From Haloquadratum walsbyi C23 (GTDB lineage: Archaea; Halobacteriota; Halobacteria; Halobacteriales; Haloferacaceae): a DNA stretch of 32,000 nucleotides. Of this stretch, positions 17,975 through 27,480 are shown in pieces (position 1 is the first letter of the stretch; every line of letters begins with the position of its first letter). The stretch spans positions 1,650,001-1,682,000 of the forward strand of contig NC_017459.1 in the NCBI RefSeq assembly GCF_000237865.1. The letters are read 5' to 3'. Under the pieces are notes generated by a model. The model was given only the letters and a program-made list of their open reading frames with translations. It was not told where the DNA came from and searched no databases. Both the position numbers and the translations under genes were made by a program.

Positions 17975-18751
17975 ATGGGTGCTGAACCTGTTACACTTGA
18001 TTGGGATGACAATGTCGCGACGATTACGGTTAATCGTCCAAAGCAAATGAACGCGCTCAATGAGGCTGCTCTTGATTTACTTGAGACACACCTCCGCTCG
18101 GCTGCTGATGACGATGCGCGGTGTCTTGTGATTACTGGTGCAGGTGAGAAGGCGTTTGTTGCTGGTGCTGATATTGAGCGGATGCAATCATTTGGAACTG
18201 AAGCTGCTCAACAATATACCGAGCAGGGACATCGCATTGCGAATATGATTGAATCATTCCCAGCCCCAGCCGTTGCCGCAGTCAATGGGTATGCATTCGG
18301 TGGCGGATGCGAGTTGGCACTTGCATGTGATCTTCGGGTTGCGTCTGAGCGAGCAGTCTTTGGACAGACAGAAATTGACCTTGGGATTATACCAGGGTGG
18401 GGCGGCACACAGCGTCTCCCAGCACTTGTTGGTGATGAAATGGCCCGCCGGATGATCTACTTTGGTGAGCGAATTGATGCGACTGACGCATATGAGCGCG
18501 GGCTTATCGGTGAGGTTGTTGCACACGATGATCTTACGGAGCACATCTCAGAACTCACAGCGGAACTCGCTGCTAAACCCGCGACTGCGATGCGTGCTGC
18601 AAAAGAGGCGCTCAATACGGCGTATAGTGCCCCACGGTCGACAGGACTTGAGTATGAAGCTCGAACATGGAGTGGGCTGTTCGGCACAGCAGACCAGCGC
18701 GAAGGAATGTCAGCGTTTCTTGAGGATCGCGACCCAGAGTTTGAGTCATAA
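17975..18751 (+). CDS. enoyl-CoA hydratase (crotonase family)
   Basis: It contains ITVNRPKQMNAL, the oxyanion-hole regions FVAGADI and NGYAFGGGCELALACD, and QTEIDLGIIPGWGGTQRL. Confidence 0.9.
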   Translation: MGAEPVTLDWDDNVATITVNRPKQMNALNEAALDLLETHLRSAADDDARCLVITGAGEKAFVAGADIERMQSFGTEAAQQYTEQGHRIANMIESFPAPAVAAVNGYAFGGGCELALACDLRVASERAVFGQTEIDLGIIPGWGGTQRLPALVGDEMARRMIYFGERIDATDAYERGLIGEVVAHDDLTEHISELTAELAAKPATAMRAAKEALNTAYSAPRSTGLEYEARTWSGLFGTADQREGMSAFLEDRDPEFES

Positions 18752-18884
18752 TGAAATCAGCAATAGAGAATCTAAGAGTTGATCTCTCAGCATTATTATG
18801 ATCGCCGTCTGATGGTAATGATCAAAATAACTCTTCGGAAACAATGACACACACCGTGGTATGTCCTGTCCCAGAAGCTAAGAA

Positions 18885-18891
18885 TTTAAAT
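18885..18891 (+). promoter_or_regulatory. TATA-box-like element upstream of tfs
   Basis: TTTAAAT is centred about 30 nt upstream of the ATG at 18918. That spacing fits a leaderless or near-leaderless haloarchaeal transcript and argues against the 18894 start. Confidence 0.35.
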
Positions 18892-18917
18892 CCATGAGGG
18901 TGCTGACTGGGTGTACA

Positions 18918-19241
18918 ATGAAATTCTGTGATGAGTGCGGGTCAATGATGAAGAAACAGGATGATATCTGGATCTGCAGTGATTGCGGAGCCGAAGAGCT
19001 AGCTGATGAGGCTGATTCAGCGACGATGACTTCCACAGAGAGTCAGCAAGAAAGCGGCGCTGTCGATGTATCCGATATTGATGATGCTGACATTGGACCA
19101 ACAACGACTGTTATTTGTCCAGAATGTGGTAATGATACAGCAAGATATGAGATGAAACAAATCCGCGCCGCTGATGAATCAGAAACACGGTTTTTCACCT
19201 GCACGGAGTGTAATCATAAATGGCGCGAGGACGATCATTAA
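18918..19241 (+). CDS. tfs: transcription factor S (TFIIS/RpoM-type zinc-ribbon protein)
   Basis: The N-terminal ribbon is MKFCDECGSMM...CSDCG. The C-terminal ribbon CPECGNDTARYEMKQIRAADESETRFFTCTECNHKWRE carries the acidic DE loop. Confidence 0.85.
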   Translation: MKFCDECGSMMKKQDDIWICSDCGAEELADEADSATMTSTESQQESGAVDVSDIDDADIGPTTTVICPECGNDTARYEMKQIRAADESETRFFTCTECNHKWREDDH

Positions 19242-19323
19242 TGCATCAATAGCGTCGTGAGTTGTCGTATTAGACTCGGAGCTACTGGCAACTAATATCT
19301 GCCTACGGTCCGATTGTCTAAAC

Positions 19324-19896
19324 GTGCCGGTGGATGTCCCCCCGCCAACAGTTGATCTCAGCGACCGGTGGCAATTACAGACTGATAAAACGACGACACC
19401 ATTCGATACTACAATTGTGACCGTTCGCGCACATACTCGTGTATTTACTGATACAAAACTGAGCGCTGCAATTAATGTCAGTGAAAGTACACAGGAAGAC
19501 ACAACAACCACCTGGCGCTTTGTCTTTGCAAGTCGCCTGCAACTCTCTCGGTCAACCGCAATGTCAGATTCAATTCTCAAACTTGTTCGCAATCGTGCAG
19601 CCTCGCGATTCGTTGATATTCTTGATAACCGAGGGTTCGATTCAATTCGCAAGACTGAGACACGCCGGTTTGATCGTGGTGATGAGACTATGCCGATACG
19701 TCGATATCGTGCTACTGTCGCCCCAGCGGATGATAGTGCGCAGACTCCTGTTGAGGCATATGTTACAACATGGGCACAACCACAAGATATCATTATTGCT
19801 GGGGGAGCATACCCATTATCTGTCCCGAATCATGTCCAATTTACTCATGACCAGGGTCGAAAAGAGCTATTTGATATTATTCGATCTATTGAATAA
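19324..19896 (+). CDS. hypothetical protein (190 aa, GTG start)
   Basis: It is the only host-like ORF here, because the antisense ORF 19179-19793 is Arg/Ser-rich. There is no in-frame ATG near the 5' end. No family was recognised. Confidence 0.5.
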   Translation: MPVDVPPPTVDLSDRWQLQTDKTTTPFDTTIVTVRAHTRVFTDTKLSAAINVSESTQEDTTTTWRFVFASRLQLSRSTAMSDSILKLVRNRAASRFVDILDNRGFDSIRKTETRRFDRGDETMPIRRYRATVAPADDSAQTPVEAYVTTWAQPQDIIIAGGAYPLSVPNHVQFTHDQGRKELFDIIRSIE

Positions 19897-19962
19897 TTTC
19901 AATTACCTGCCATACACATGAATAGCTAGTAATTAATGTCTGTCATCGACGTCAGCTACCGT

Positions 19963-19990
19963 ATCTGCCATCTGCTATCTGTTATCTGTC
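19963..19990. repeat. heptanucleotide tandem repeat (ATCTGYY x4) between convergent genes
   Basis: The units are atctgcc atctgct atctgtt atctgtc, followed by related degenerate copies (gatgtctgttctctgctc). Confidence 0.6.
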
Positions 19991-20027
19991 ATATCCGATG
20001 TCTGTTCTCTGCTCTCGCTTTATCGAT

Positions 20028-20777
20028 TCACTCGATTCGTCCGATGGTCAAATATCCTGTATGACCAACACCAGCAGTCGATGGTCGTGATCCTCGCTCA
20101 CCGAAGTCCATCTCACGCTGGATGGTCTCATATGTCTTGATTGCGCCGACTCCAGCCTCACGAGCTGCTTCAACAACGTCTCGAGTATGCTCAATGAATG
20201 GCACATATACCGCAATATACCCACCAGACGCAAGCAATGTCTGTGCATGCTCAATAATTGCTGGGGCATCGCCCGTATCAAGAGTCAATACATCGAATGG
20301 TCCCTCATCGGCAACCGTATCAAACGCTACTGTGAGGTCACCAGTGCGAACCTCGACAGCATCTGTGACGCCAGCAAGCGACATATTCTCACGTGCGACA
20401 TCAGCAAATTCTGGATCAATTTCATAGCTCGTGACAGTAGCGCCGAGTCGACCAAGATACGCCGCAAGCACACCCGTTCCTGTCCCAGCGTCAAGCACAC
20501 GATCACCACGAGCAACGCCGGTATGACCAATCATGAGTCCAATATCGCGAGGGATCATCGGTGCGCCGGTACGTTCGAAGTGATTGAATAAATCTGGACC
20601 ACGAAGCCGGCGAACAGTAAATGGCACGTCAAGATGCGTTTCAATGATATCACCCGGTTCAACATCTGTTGGCATCTCAAGTACCCCAAGGTCTGTCTGC
20701 AGTTCCTCGCCCGGCGCACGGAGGTACTCACGGTCGTGTTCGTCGTTAACAAGGAGATACGAACTGGAGGCAGTCAC
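20028..20777 (-). CDS. trmI: tRNA (adenine-N1)-methyltransferase TrmI (GCD14 family)
   Basis: The SAM motif is [15 protein letters not shown] and the N-terminal domain is beta-rich ([13 protein letters not shown]...). The length is 249 aa, and the start overlaps the nac stop by 4 nt. Confidence 0.75.
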   Translation of the reverse strand: MTASSSYLLVNDEHDREYLRAPGEELQTDLGVLEMPTDVEPGDIIETHLDVPFTVRRLRGPDLFNHFERTGAPMIPRDIGLMIGHTGVARGDRVLDAGTGTGVLAAYLGRLGATVTSYEIDPEFADVARENMSLAGVTDAVEVRTGDLTVAFDTVADEGPFDVLTLDTGDAPAIIEHAQTLLASGGYIAVYVPFIEHTRDVVEAAREAGVGAIKTYETIQREMDFGERGSRPSTAGVGHTGYLTIGRIE

Positions 20778-21169
20778 TCCAATTGGGCAATCGCGGCTGC
20801 AAGATCGCCATCAGTCGACTCAAGTGCAGCGCGCGCGTCATCTGTGTTAACGCCAGCACGTTCTGCAACAATTTCAATATCCGCATCTGGGATGTCCCCT
20901 GTATCGCTATCTCCACTGGAATCACCCCCGGTATCGCCACTCACTGCCTGTTGTGTATCGCTGTGTTCGCGTGTTTCGGGTTCGCCAACAATCTGATATG
21001 TTTGTTGACCTTGTGCGTCCATTCGCGTGACTTGAGCATCATCAAATACGAGATCCTCTTCTGCTGTTTGAATCCGGACCTCCTCGACGTCAAGCTCGGT
21101 AACGTCGATACCCATTTGTTTCATCATTTGTTTCATCTTCCGGGGATTCATTCCGCCTCCACCAAACAT
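20774..21169 (-). CDS. nac: nascent polypeptide-associated complex protein
   Basis: It has [23 protein letters not shown], then a NAC beta-barrel, an acidic linker and a C-terminal UBA-like region ([21 protein letters not shown]). Confidence 0.9.
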   Translation of the reverse strand: MFGGGGMNPRKMKQMMKQMGIDVTELDVEEVRIQTAEEDLVFDDAQVTRMDAQGQQTYQIVGEPETREHSDTQQAVSGDTGGDSSGDSDTGDIPDADIEIVAERAGVNTDDARAALESTDGDLAAAIAQLE

Positions 21170-21389
21170 GATTATTTCAATTGATGGTTGCTGATAGCAA
21201 AAACGTGGCGACCGCGACCGGCAAGATCAAAATAAAGAAGTTGGGTAGTTATCTCCCGGTATCCGGGTCTATTATCGAATAAAGTAATTCTGATTCATCT
21301 TCGCTCATATCGGTGTTCTCGTGTAAGTATGTGATTAATATTGTCAGTTCCAAAGGTAACTTCAATACGCGTTAGTTTCATGAATAACT

Positions 21390-23060
21390 ATGTTCGATGA
21401 TGACGATCTCGCGGCTATCCGCGATGGAAAACGTGAGTGGGAAGAGAAAACGCTCAATTCAACACTCAATCGATTCGGCGAACGGCAGGAACATTTTAGC
21501 ACAGATACAGGCGGACAGACTGTCGATCGGGTATATACGCCCGCAGATGTTGCTGATATTGAATATGAATCAGATATTGGATTCCCTGGTGAGGAGCCAT
21601 ATACTCGCGGTGTCTACTCAACGATGCATCGCGGTCGGCTCTGGACGATGCGACAGTACGCTGGGATGGGGACCGCAGCAGAAACAAATGAACGCTTCCG
21701 TTATCTGATTAATGAGGGGTCATCCGGACTGTCAATGGCGTTTGACCTTCCGACACAAAAAGGATATGACTCTGATGCATCGATGGCTGCTGGTGAGGTT
21801 GGAAAAGCTGGAGTCGCGATTGATACACTTCGCGATATGGAGGTTGTTTTTGATGGAATCCCACTTGATGAAGTCTCAACGTCGATGACAATTAATGCAC
21901 CTGCGGCGGTGCTTTTAGCGATGTACATTTCGATTGGTGATCAACAGGGTGTCTCACGTGAGACGCTTCGCGGGACGATTCAAAATGATATTCTGAAAGA
22001 GTACATTGCCCGAAATCTCTATATTTATCCACCAGAATCCTCAATGCGACTGATTACCGATATTTTTGAATTTTGTGGGACAGAGACGCCAAATTTCAAC
22101 ACGATTTCAATTTCGGGATATCATATCCGTGAGGCAGGATCAACAGCTGCTCAGGAAATTGCATTTACCCTCGGTAATGGAATCGAATACGTTCAAGCAG
22201 CAATCGATGCTGGGCTTAATGTCGATGATTTTGCTCCACAATTGTCATTTTTCTTCAATGCACATAATAATATTTTTGAGGAGGTTGCAAAGTTTCGTGC
22301 CGCTCGCCGCATGTGGGCAAAGATAATTGAAGACCGATTTGATGCGACAAATCCAAAATCCAAACAACTAAAATTCCATACTCAAACCGGTGGGTCGACG
22401 CTTACTGCCCAACAAGTCGAAAACAACGTTGTTCGTGTTGCATATCAAGCACTTGCAGCTGTTCTTGGTGGAACACAGAGTCTCCACACGAATGGCAAAG
22501 ATGAGGCACTATCATTACCAACCGAGCAATCTGTTCGGACAGCACTACGAACTCAGCAAATTCTTGCACATGAATCGGGGGCTGCAGATACAATCGACCC
22601 ACTTGCAGGAAGCTATTATGTCGAATCACTCACCGATGAGATTGAGGCTGAGGCATTTGAGATAATTGAAGAAGTAGACCGTCGCGGTGGGATGCTTGAA
22701 GCTGTCAAATCACGGTGGGTACAGCGTCAGATCCAGGATGTTGCTTTCGAACGACAACAAGAAATCGAGGCTGGTGAACGCGTCATCGTTGGTGTCAACG
22801 AATTTGAAGTCGATGAAGACCCGCATGTCGACATTGAAGAGGTTGACGAGGCAGATGAAGAACGGCAGAAACAGCGTCTTGAAACGGTCAAGGAGGAGCG
22901 AGACACCGATGCTGTTGACTCATCTCTCAAAAGTGTTCGTGAAACAGCACGCGGTGATGGGAACATTATGCCGCCGATTATTGATGCAGTCAAGACATAT
23001 GCAACAGTTGGAGAGATTTCCGATGTGCTTCGTGAGGAGTTTGGAGAATATCGTGGCTGA
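21390..23060 (+). CDS. mcmA: methylmalonyl-CoA mutase, large (catalytic) subunit
   Basis: The 556-aa protein contains [32 protein letters not shown] and [11 protein letters not shown]. There is no B12-binding domain, which is typical of the split archaeal enzyme. Confidence 0.95.
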   Translation: MFDDDDLAAIRDGKREWEEKTLNSTLNRFGERQEHFSTDTGGQTVDRVYTPADVADIEYESDIGFPGEEPYTRGVYSTMHRGRLWTMRQYAGMGTAAETNERFRYLINEGSSGLSMAFDLPTQKGYDSDASMAAGEVGKAGVAIDTLRDMEVVFDGIPLDEVSTSMTINAPAAVLLAMYISIGDQQGVSRETLRGTIQNDILKEYIARNLYIYPPESSMRLITDIFEFCGTETPNFNTISISGYHIREAGSTAAQEIAFTLGNGIEYVQAAIDAGLNVDDFAPQLSFFFNAHNNIFEEVAKFRAARRMWAKIIEDRFDATNPKSKQLKFHTQTGGSTLTAQQVENNVVRVAYQALAAVLGGTQSLHTNGKDEALSLPTEQSVRTALRTQQILAHESGAADTIDPLAGSYYVESLTDEIEAEAFEIIEEVDRRGGMLEAVKSRWVQRQIQDVAFERQQEIEAGERVIVGVNEFEVDEDPHVDIEEVDEADEERQKQRLETVKEERDTDAVDSSLKSVRETARGDGNIMPPIIDAVKTYATVGEISDVLREEFGEYRG

Positions 23061-23447
23061 AGTGAACTAAGCTATCCTGCCTTACTCCCCAGGTACTACC
23101 GGGTACATAGTGAGCTACCCCACCCTGATCGCTCTGACGCGCTCGCTGAGGGCGGGGCTTCCTACTTCCAAGACGCGCTTTGCAGAAACAACCGCAGTTC
23201 CCGCAGGGAGCGTAGTCTCCACAGGCGTTGACGAATCGTGGGGCGGTTCGCTCGAACACCAGAAATCTCCGATTTCTGGGGACGTTTCTTCGGAGTGACC
23301 CACTCCTAGTTCGGTAAGTCCGGGAAAAAGTCACGGCTGCGTGGGCCTGTGGACCGGGAATAAAACAATGTATGGAAGATAATGACGGTGCTGTATCCGC
23401 TCTCTACTGCGCTCCTTGAGGGAGAGTGCTTAGCGCCTGCTATCAGC
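23061..23447 (-). mobile_element. non-autonomous IS200/IS605-type element with a decayed TnpB C-terminal remnant, copy D
   Basis: The minus-strand ORF 23115-23303 ends ...GHSEE...TPVETTLPAGTAVVSAKRVLEVGSPALSERV. This matches my recollection of the conserved tail of haloarchaeal IS1341-type TnpB. The element is collinear with copy C and starts immediately after the mcmA stop. Confidence 0.65.
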
Positions 23448-23646
23448 CAAATGAGAGTTCGCGTATACGAAGAAACATTCCCAAACTGCGTAATCGAAGG
23501 GATATATACGCAGTCTGATCAGAGAACACATTATTACGGAGAAATTATTCATGACTCTTACTTTATCCGCTAATTATCATAGTCCGGATTCGTTTCATAA
23601 ATCCCAATCGGAATAACAAAATCGTAGTATCAACAACCGGCGTTAT

Positions 23647-24042
23647 ATGCCAATGGCACTCGACCACGTCGGCATTGCGACTGAGGATGCGGTTGGACTC
23701 GCAGAGCGCTTTGGAGCGGTATTTGAGACGCAAATCGCCCATTCAGAGACGTTTGACGGTATGTATATCATTTTTCTTGATATGAATGGGACGTATCTTG
23801 AATTATTGGAACCAGTTGATGATTCGGATGGTCCAATTGCGACGTTTCTTGCACAACGTGATGCTGGCATTCATCATATTGCTATTATGACAGAAGATAT
23901 CGCTACTGCGCTCGAAAATGCTCGTGCAGTCGGAATTGAGTGTATTGATGAAACACCTCGACAGGGCGCATGGGGGCATCAAGTTGCGTTTTTACATCCA
24001 CGTTCCACAGGGGGTGTGCTTTGTGAATTTGTCCAACAGTGA
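23647..24042 (+). CDS. mce: methylmalonyl-CoA epimerase (VOC/glyoxalase fold)
   Basis: The 131-aa protein contains LDHVGIAT....A, YLELLEP, GIHHIA and FLHP....GVL.E. Confidence 0.85.
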   Translation: MPMALDHVGIATEDAVGLAERFGAVFETQIAHSETFDGMYIIFLDMNGTYLELLEPVDDSDGPIATFLAQRDAGIHHIAIMTEDIATALENARAVGIECIDETPRQGAWGHQVAFLHPRSTGGVLCEFVQQ

Positions 24043-24103
24043 ACTGCCTCTATCCCCTGCATATTCAGCGGTTGAAGCCGCTTTCTTGACAGGAGTTTCC
24101 TGT

Positions 24104-24498
24104 TTCTACAGATAGCAAGGCGAGTGCCTCGGGGCTTAGATGTTGATCTGGTCCCGAGGGTGAAGCCGACATGAATATTCATTACCATACATAGTAATAA
24201 AAAAATACAGTCAGAGAATCAAGAAGACGAATCACCAATTTTAATCCAATGTTGGCTGCGGTAGTTTGGAACTGCGACTCCCCTCAATCCCCAGTCGGAC
24301 ATCTCCGACTAGTGCAACGGGAACTGTCTGGTCGCGGTGGAGCGACTGATTCTCATGGACGCACCGCGTGTTCGGGTGTTACTTCCAGCCGATTCGAATG
24401 GAGAGATCGGGAGGAATGAAATTCCCTTGCTGGTGCAATACGGATTCAAAATGGTGAAGCCTCGGGGCACTTCACGACGGTGCTAGTCTTCACGGGTG
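24104..24498 (+). mobile_element. non-autonomous IS200/IS605-type (MITE/PATE-like) element, copy B
   Basis: See copy A for the shared blocks, which lie at 24116-24137, 24336-24346, 24368-24392 and 24453-24468. It contains no credible ORF. Confidence 0.6.
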
Positions 24499-24629
24499 TT
24501 TCTTTGGGGTATTGATTCTATCCTCGTACATGCCTTCATCTGATAACTTACCCTGGTATAGGATACGAGTGGGTATTCTCGTTGAATTTCAATAAATAGT
24601 CAACACGCTCAATGCTAGTGGCTGAGTGA

Positions 24630-26159
24630 GTGATAACAATGCGGCAGTGGCTTTCACAACGCGCGGAAACATCTCCGACTGCATGTGCACTTATTGACGC
24701 AGAGACGGGAGATAATTATACCTTTGCAACACTTGATCAGGCAGTCGAACGACTTGCAGGACGGCTCATCACACTTGGTGTAAGCCAAAGCGATCGTCTT
24801 GGAATTGTTCTTTCACCTCGGGTTGAATCAGTGCTCATATTTTATGCTGCAGCCCGAATAGGCGCCACAGCAGTTCCGCTTGGTCACCGTCTCACAGCAA
24901 CAGAGATTGAAACACGACTTACTCATGCAACGGTGCAGACCGTCATTTGTGGACGCAGTACCGACAAGACTGTTTTTGAGGCAGCGACAGCGATAGAAAA
25001 TGACATATCCATTATTTCAATGGATAAATCAACAATTGACTCGGTTGACTCAGTTGAGAATACAATACCAGCCGGAGTCAATACAGCCACATGGAACTCA
25101 CAGCGGACACAGTTGCTCCTTTTTACCTCCGGAACGACCGGGTCGCCGAAAGCTGTCAAATTGACCGCGGGTAATATTCTGTGGAGTGCAGTCGCCTCGG
25201 CATTTCGAGTCGGAATCAGCCCAGATGAACAATGGCTTGTCACACTTCCACTGCACCATATGGGTGGCATTGCACCAATTCTTCGGGGTCCACTTTATGG
25301 AATGACAATTGTACTCCGCGGTGAATTTGATGCAGAGCAAGCAGTGGCTGATCTACATCAATATGACATTACCGCTGTATCGCTTGTGCCGACAATGCTT
25401 CGTCGGATGCTCAATTCAGCCAATAAATCTTCATTTCCGGAGACGCTCCGGACTGTTCTTCTTGGCGGCGCGCCAGCTCCAACAGCGCTGATCAATCAGT
25501 GTCAAGATGAATCAATCCCAGTTTGTCCAACATATGGATTAACAGAGACTGCCTCACAGGTCGCAACTGCTCGTCCACAAACGGCGTTTAACAATCCTGA
25601 CACGGTCGGAACACCACTGCTCTGGAGTGATATAACGATTGTCGATGAGTCTGGGAGTCCCCAACCTGCAGGCAGTCCTGGCGAAATTGTTGTTGACGGA
25701 CCAACTGTAACGCCAGGATACGCTGGTCCAGAGACGATGACAACAGGAGCATATGGATTCCATACCGGTGATATTGGAATACTTGACACAAATGGGCGGC
25801 TCACCGTGGTGAACCGACTTGATGATCGGATTGTCACCGGCGGTGAAAATGTTGACCCTGGCGAGGTAACAACCGTTCTTGAGTCACATCCCGCGGTTGC
25901 TGCGGCTGCCGTGGTTGGTATTCCCGATTCTGATTGGGGTGAGCGCGTCGTGGCTGCTGTCACGCCAGTTATGACTGAGAGAGCAGTGAGCAACGACGAC
26001 CTTCGATCGCACGCACGCGACTATCTCGCCGGATTCAAAATTCCAAAACAGATTCGAGTCGTCGATACACTTCCACGAACCATCTCCGGTACTATCAATC
26101 GAGATGCTGTTCATGAGCTATTCATGACTGATGCGGCTGTCACCCCCGAGGATGAATAG
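24630..26159 (+). CDS. menE: AMP-dependent synthetase/ligase, MenE-like (2-succinylbenzoate--CoA ligase)
   Basis: It has the AMP-binding motif FTSGTTGSPKAV, YGLTE, TGD and a C-terminal K. The N-terminus WLSQRAETSPTACALI resembles the MenE N-terminus (WLMQRA..TP...AL). The ORF starts at GTG 24630; an ATG at 24639 is an alternative. Confidence 0.6.
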   Translation: MITMRQWLSQRAETSPTACALIDAETGDNYTFATLDQAVERLAGRLITLGVSQSDRLGIVLSPRVESVLIFYAAARIGATAVPLGHRLTATEIETRLTHATVQTVICGRSTDKTVFEAATAIENDISIISMDKSTIDSVDSVENTIPAGVNTATWNSQRTQLLLFTSGTTGSPKAVKLTAGNILWSAVASAFRVGISPDEQWLVTLPLHHMGGIAPILRGPLYGMTIVLRGEFDAEQAVADLHQYDITAVSLVPTMLRRMLNSANKSSFPETLRTVLLGGAPAPTALINQCQDESIPVCPTYGLTETASQVATARPQTAFNNPDTVGTPLLWSDITIVDESGSPQPAGSPGEIVVDGPTVTPGYAGPETMTTGAYGFHTGDIGILDTNGRLTVVNRLDDRIVTGGENVDPGEVTTVLESHPAVAAAAVVGIPDSDWGERVVAAVTPVMTERAVSNDDLRSHARDYLAGFKIPKQIRVVDTLPRTISGTINRDAVHELFMTDAAVTPEDE

Positions 26160-26442
26160 TCAGAGAGTCCCACCGTAGTAACAGACAATAATAAAGACCC
26201 CCCTCCTTCCTCATGGCACAGTTCAGTGATTGCGCTTTCGTTTCAAGAGGAATCGCAATGATTCGGTTCTGTCACATAAACATATCAAAAAAGAAGATAG
26301 AATGAATATAACCGCGGGTATGATCATGACCATGATCATGACCGTCTGAGGGTGGTAAACTCAGTGAATCTATCAATTTCCGCTTATTCATGACTTTCTG
26401 AGCGCATATCGCGAGAGCCGTATTCGGGGAGGATATCACGGT

Positions 26443-27303
26443 CTATACAGATTGATACGGACCGAGACGCGTTCCATCAAGGAGGTATGCGTCAGTGTGG
26501 TTCTTTTCAAATGCCGCTGGGAGGAATGGTGAAAGAAATCCCTCATCAGTGTTTACTTGCGTACCGCCAGAGCGCTCGTTGAATGCAGGAAATAAGATCA
26601 CATCCGGGGGATCTCGATTGACATTTTGAGTATTATCAGGTGAGTCAAAACTTCTTTCAATTCCCAGTTTATTTTTAAATGGCGTCCAGTCAAGCGGTCC
26701 TCGAAGCCAGGCTCGTGTTTGCTGGCTTCCCCCAACGTGGTCTGCAACCCTGAGTTGAGGATGTTCGTGTCCAACGCAGAGGACATCACAATCAAGAACT
26801 GTCTCATCAGGCCAACTATGTCCGTGGACAAATCCGACATGACCACACTTGATACCTGATGCATCGGTTACATTGATCGTATGTTCGATCTGGGTGCTGT
26901 CTGTTTCAACAGTCGTAGCGACTGATTCAATCCCTGCATCGTGGTTCCCACGAACAACAGTAATTGGGACGCGATTCAACACACATTTAAATAGCGAGAT
27001 AAGCTCCTGTGCTTCTTCATCTGCAGGATTACCAATTCGGTGACCTGCATCACCGAGGATAATGAGACGGTCGACAGGGTGCTGTGTAAGTAACTCAAGA
27101 AGACGACGACGTCGATCCTCGGCGTTGCTATCGAGTTCGACGCCGCGTTCATATCGAAGTCCAATCTCAATACCGGCATGATAATCAGCAATCACAAGCG
27201 CTGTTTCTGTCTCGATGCGTGCTATTGCAGCAGGAACTGATGGAAGCGGTTCAACAAGTGGTCCAGTGGCCACGTCTGTGTCTGTGTCTGTGTCTGTAGG
27301 CAT
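26443..27303 (-). CDS. rpe: RPA-associated metallophosphoesterase (calcineurin-like)
   Basis: The motifs are DYH, GDAGH, GNHD, HGH and GHEH. Its position downstream of rpa1-rpap1 matches the Haloferax rpa1 operon. Confidence 0.8.
   Translation of the reverse strand: MPTDTDTDTDVATGPLVEPLPSVPAAIARIETETALVIADYHAGIEIGLRYERGVELDSNAEDRRRRLLELLTQHPVDRLIILGDAGHRIGNPADEEAQELISLFKCVLNRVPITVVRGNHDAGIESVATTVETDSTQIEHTINVTDASGIKCGHVGFVHGHSWPDETVLDCDVLCVGHEHPQLRVADHVGGSQQTRAWLRGPLDWTPFKNKLGIERSFDSPDNTQNVNRDPPDVILFPAFNERSGGTQVNTDEGFLSPFLPAAFEKNHTDAYLLDGTRLGPYQSV
27274..27297. repeat. (GTCTGT)x4 microsatellite encoding (Thr-Asp)4 at the N-terminus of rpe
   Basis: The perfect hexamer repeat was read directly from the sequence. 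It is translated as TDTDTDTD on the minus strand. Confidence 0.9.
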
Positions 27304-27480
27304 ATATCAAAGTATTATACCGACAAAATGATGATTGCGTGTCTGAGTATGTGTCAATTTTCACATTCGGATGTGCTACAAGTATCGAACCTGATTCCTC
27401 AATTTTCTCATGTCAATTAGTGCTATTCGTCACCTGATCCAGTAGAAAACATCTTTTCGTTTACACATTATATCAGGAGA

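Noticed and set aside
19179-19793. A 204-aa minus-strand ORF overlapping tfs and the gene at 19324-19896.
   Set aside because: Its Arg/Ser/Val-rich basic translation is antisense to a host-like ORF and overlaps the 3' end of tfs.
25502-25993. A 163-aa minus-strand ORF inside the ligase gene, plus similar antisense ORFs in rpap1 (27581-27922 and 27935-28321).
   Set aside because: They are antisense to genes with clear family motifs. Their Ser/Thr/Pro/Val low-complexity translations are mirror images of the acidic coding strand.
21390-26159. Considered whether mcmA, mce and the ligase, together with acd and the crotonase, form a novel pathway cluster.
   Set aside because: The genes are dispersed, interrupted by unrelated genes and mobile-element copies, and each is a standard member of known propionyl/methylmalonyl-CoA and menaquinone metabolism. 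Nothing suggests a new system.
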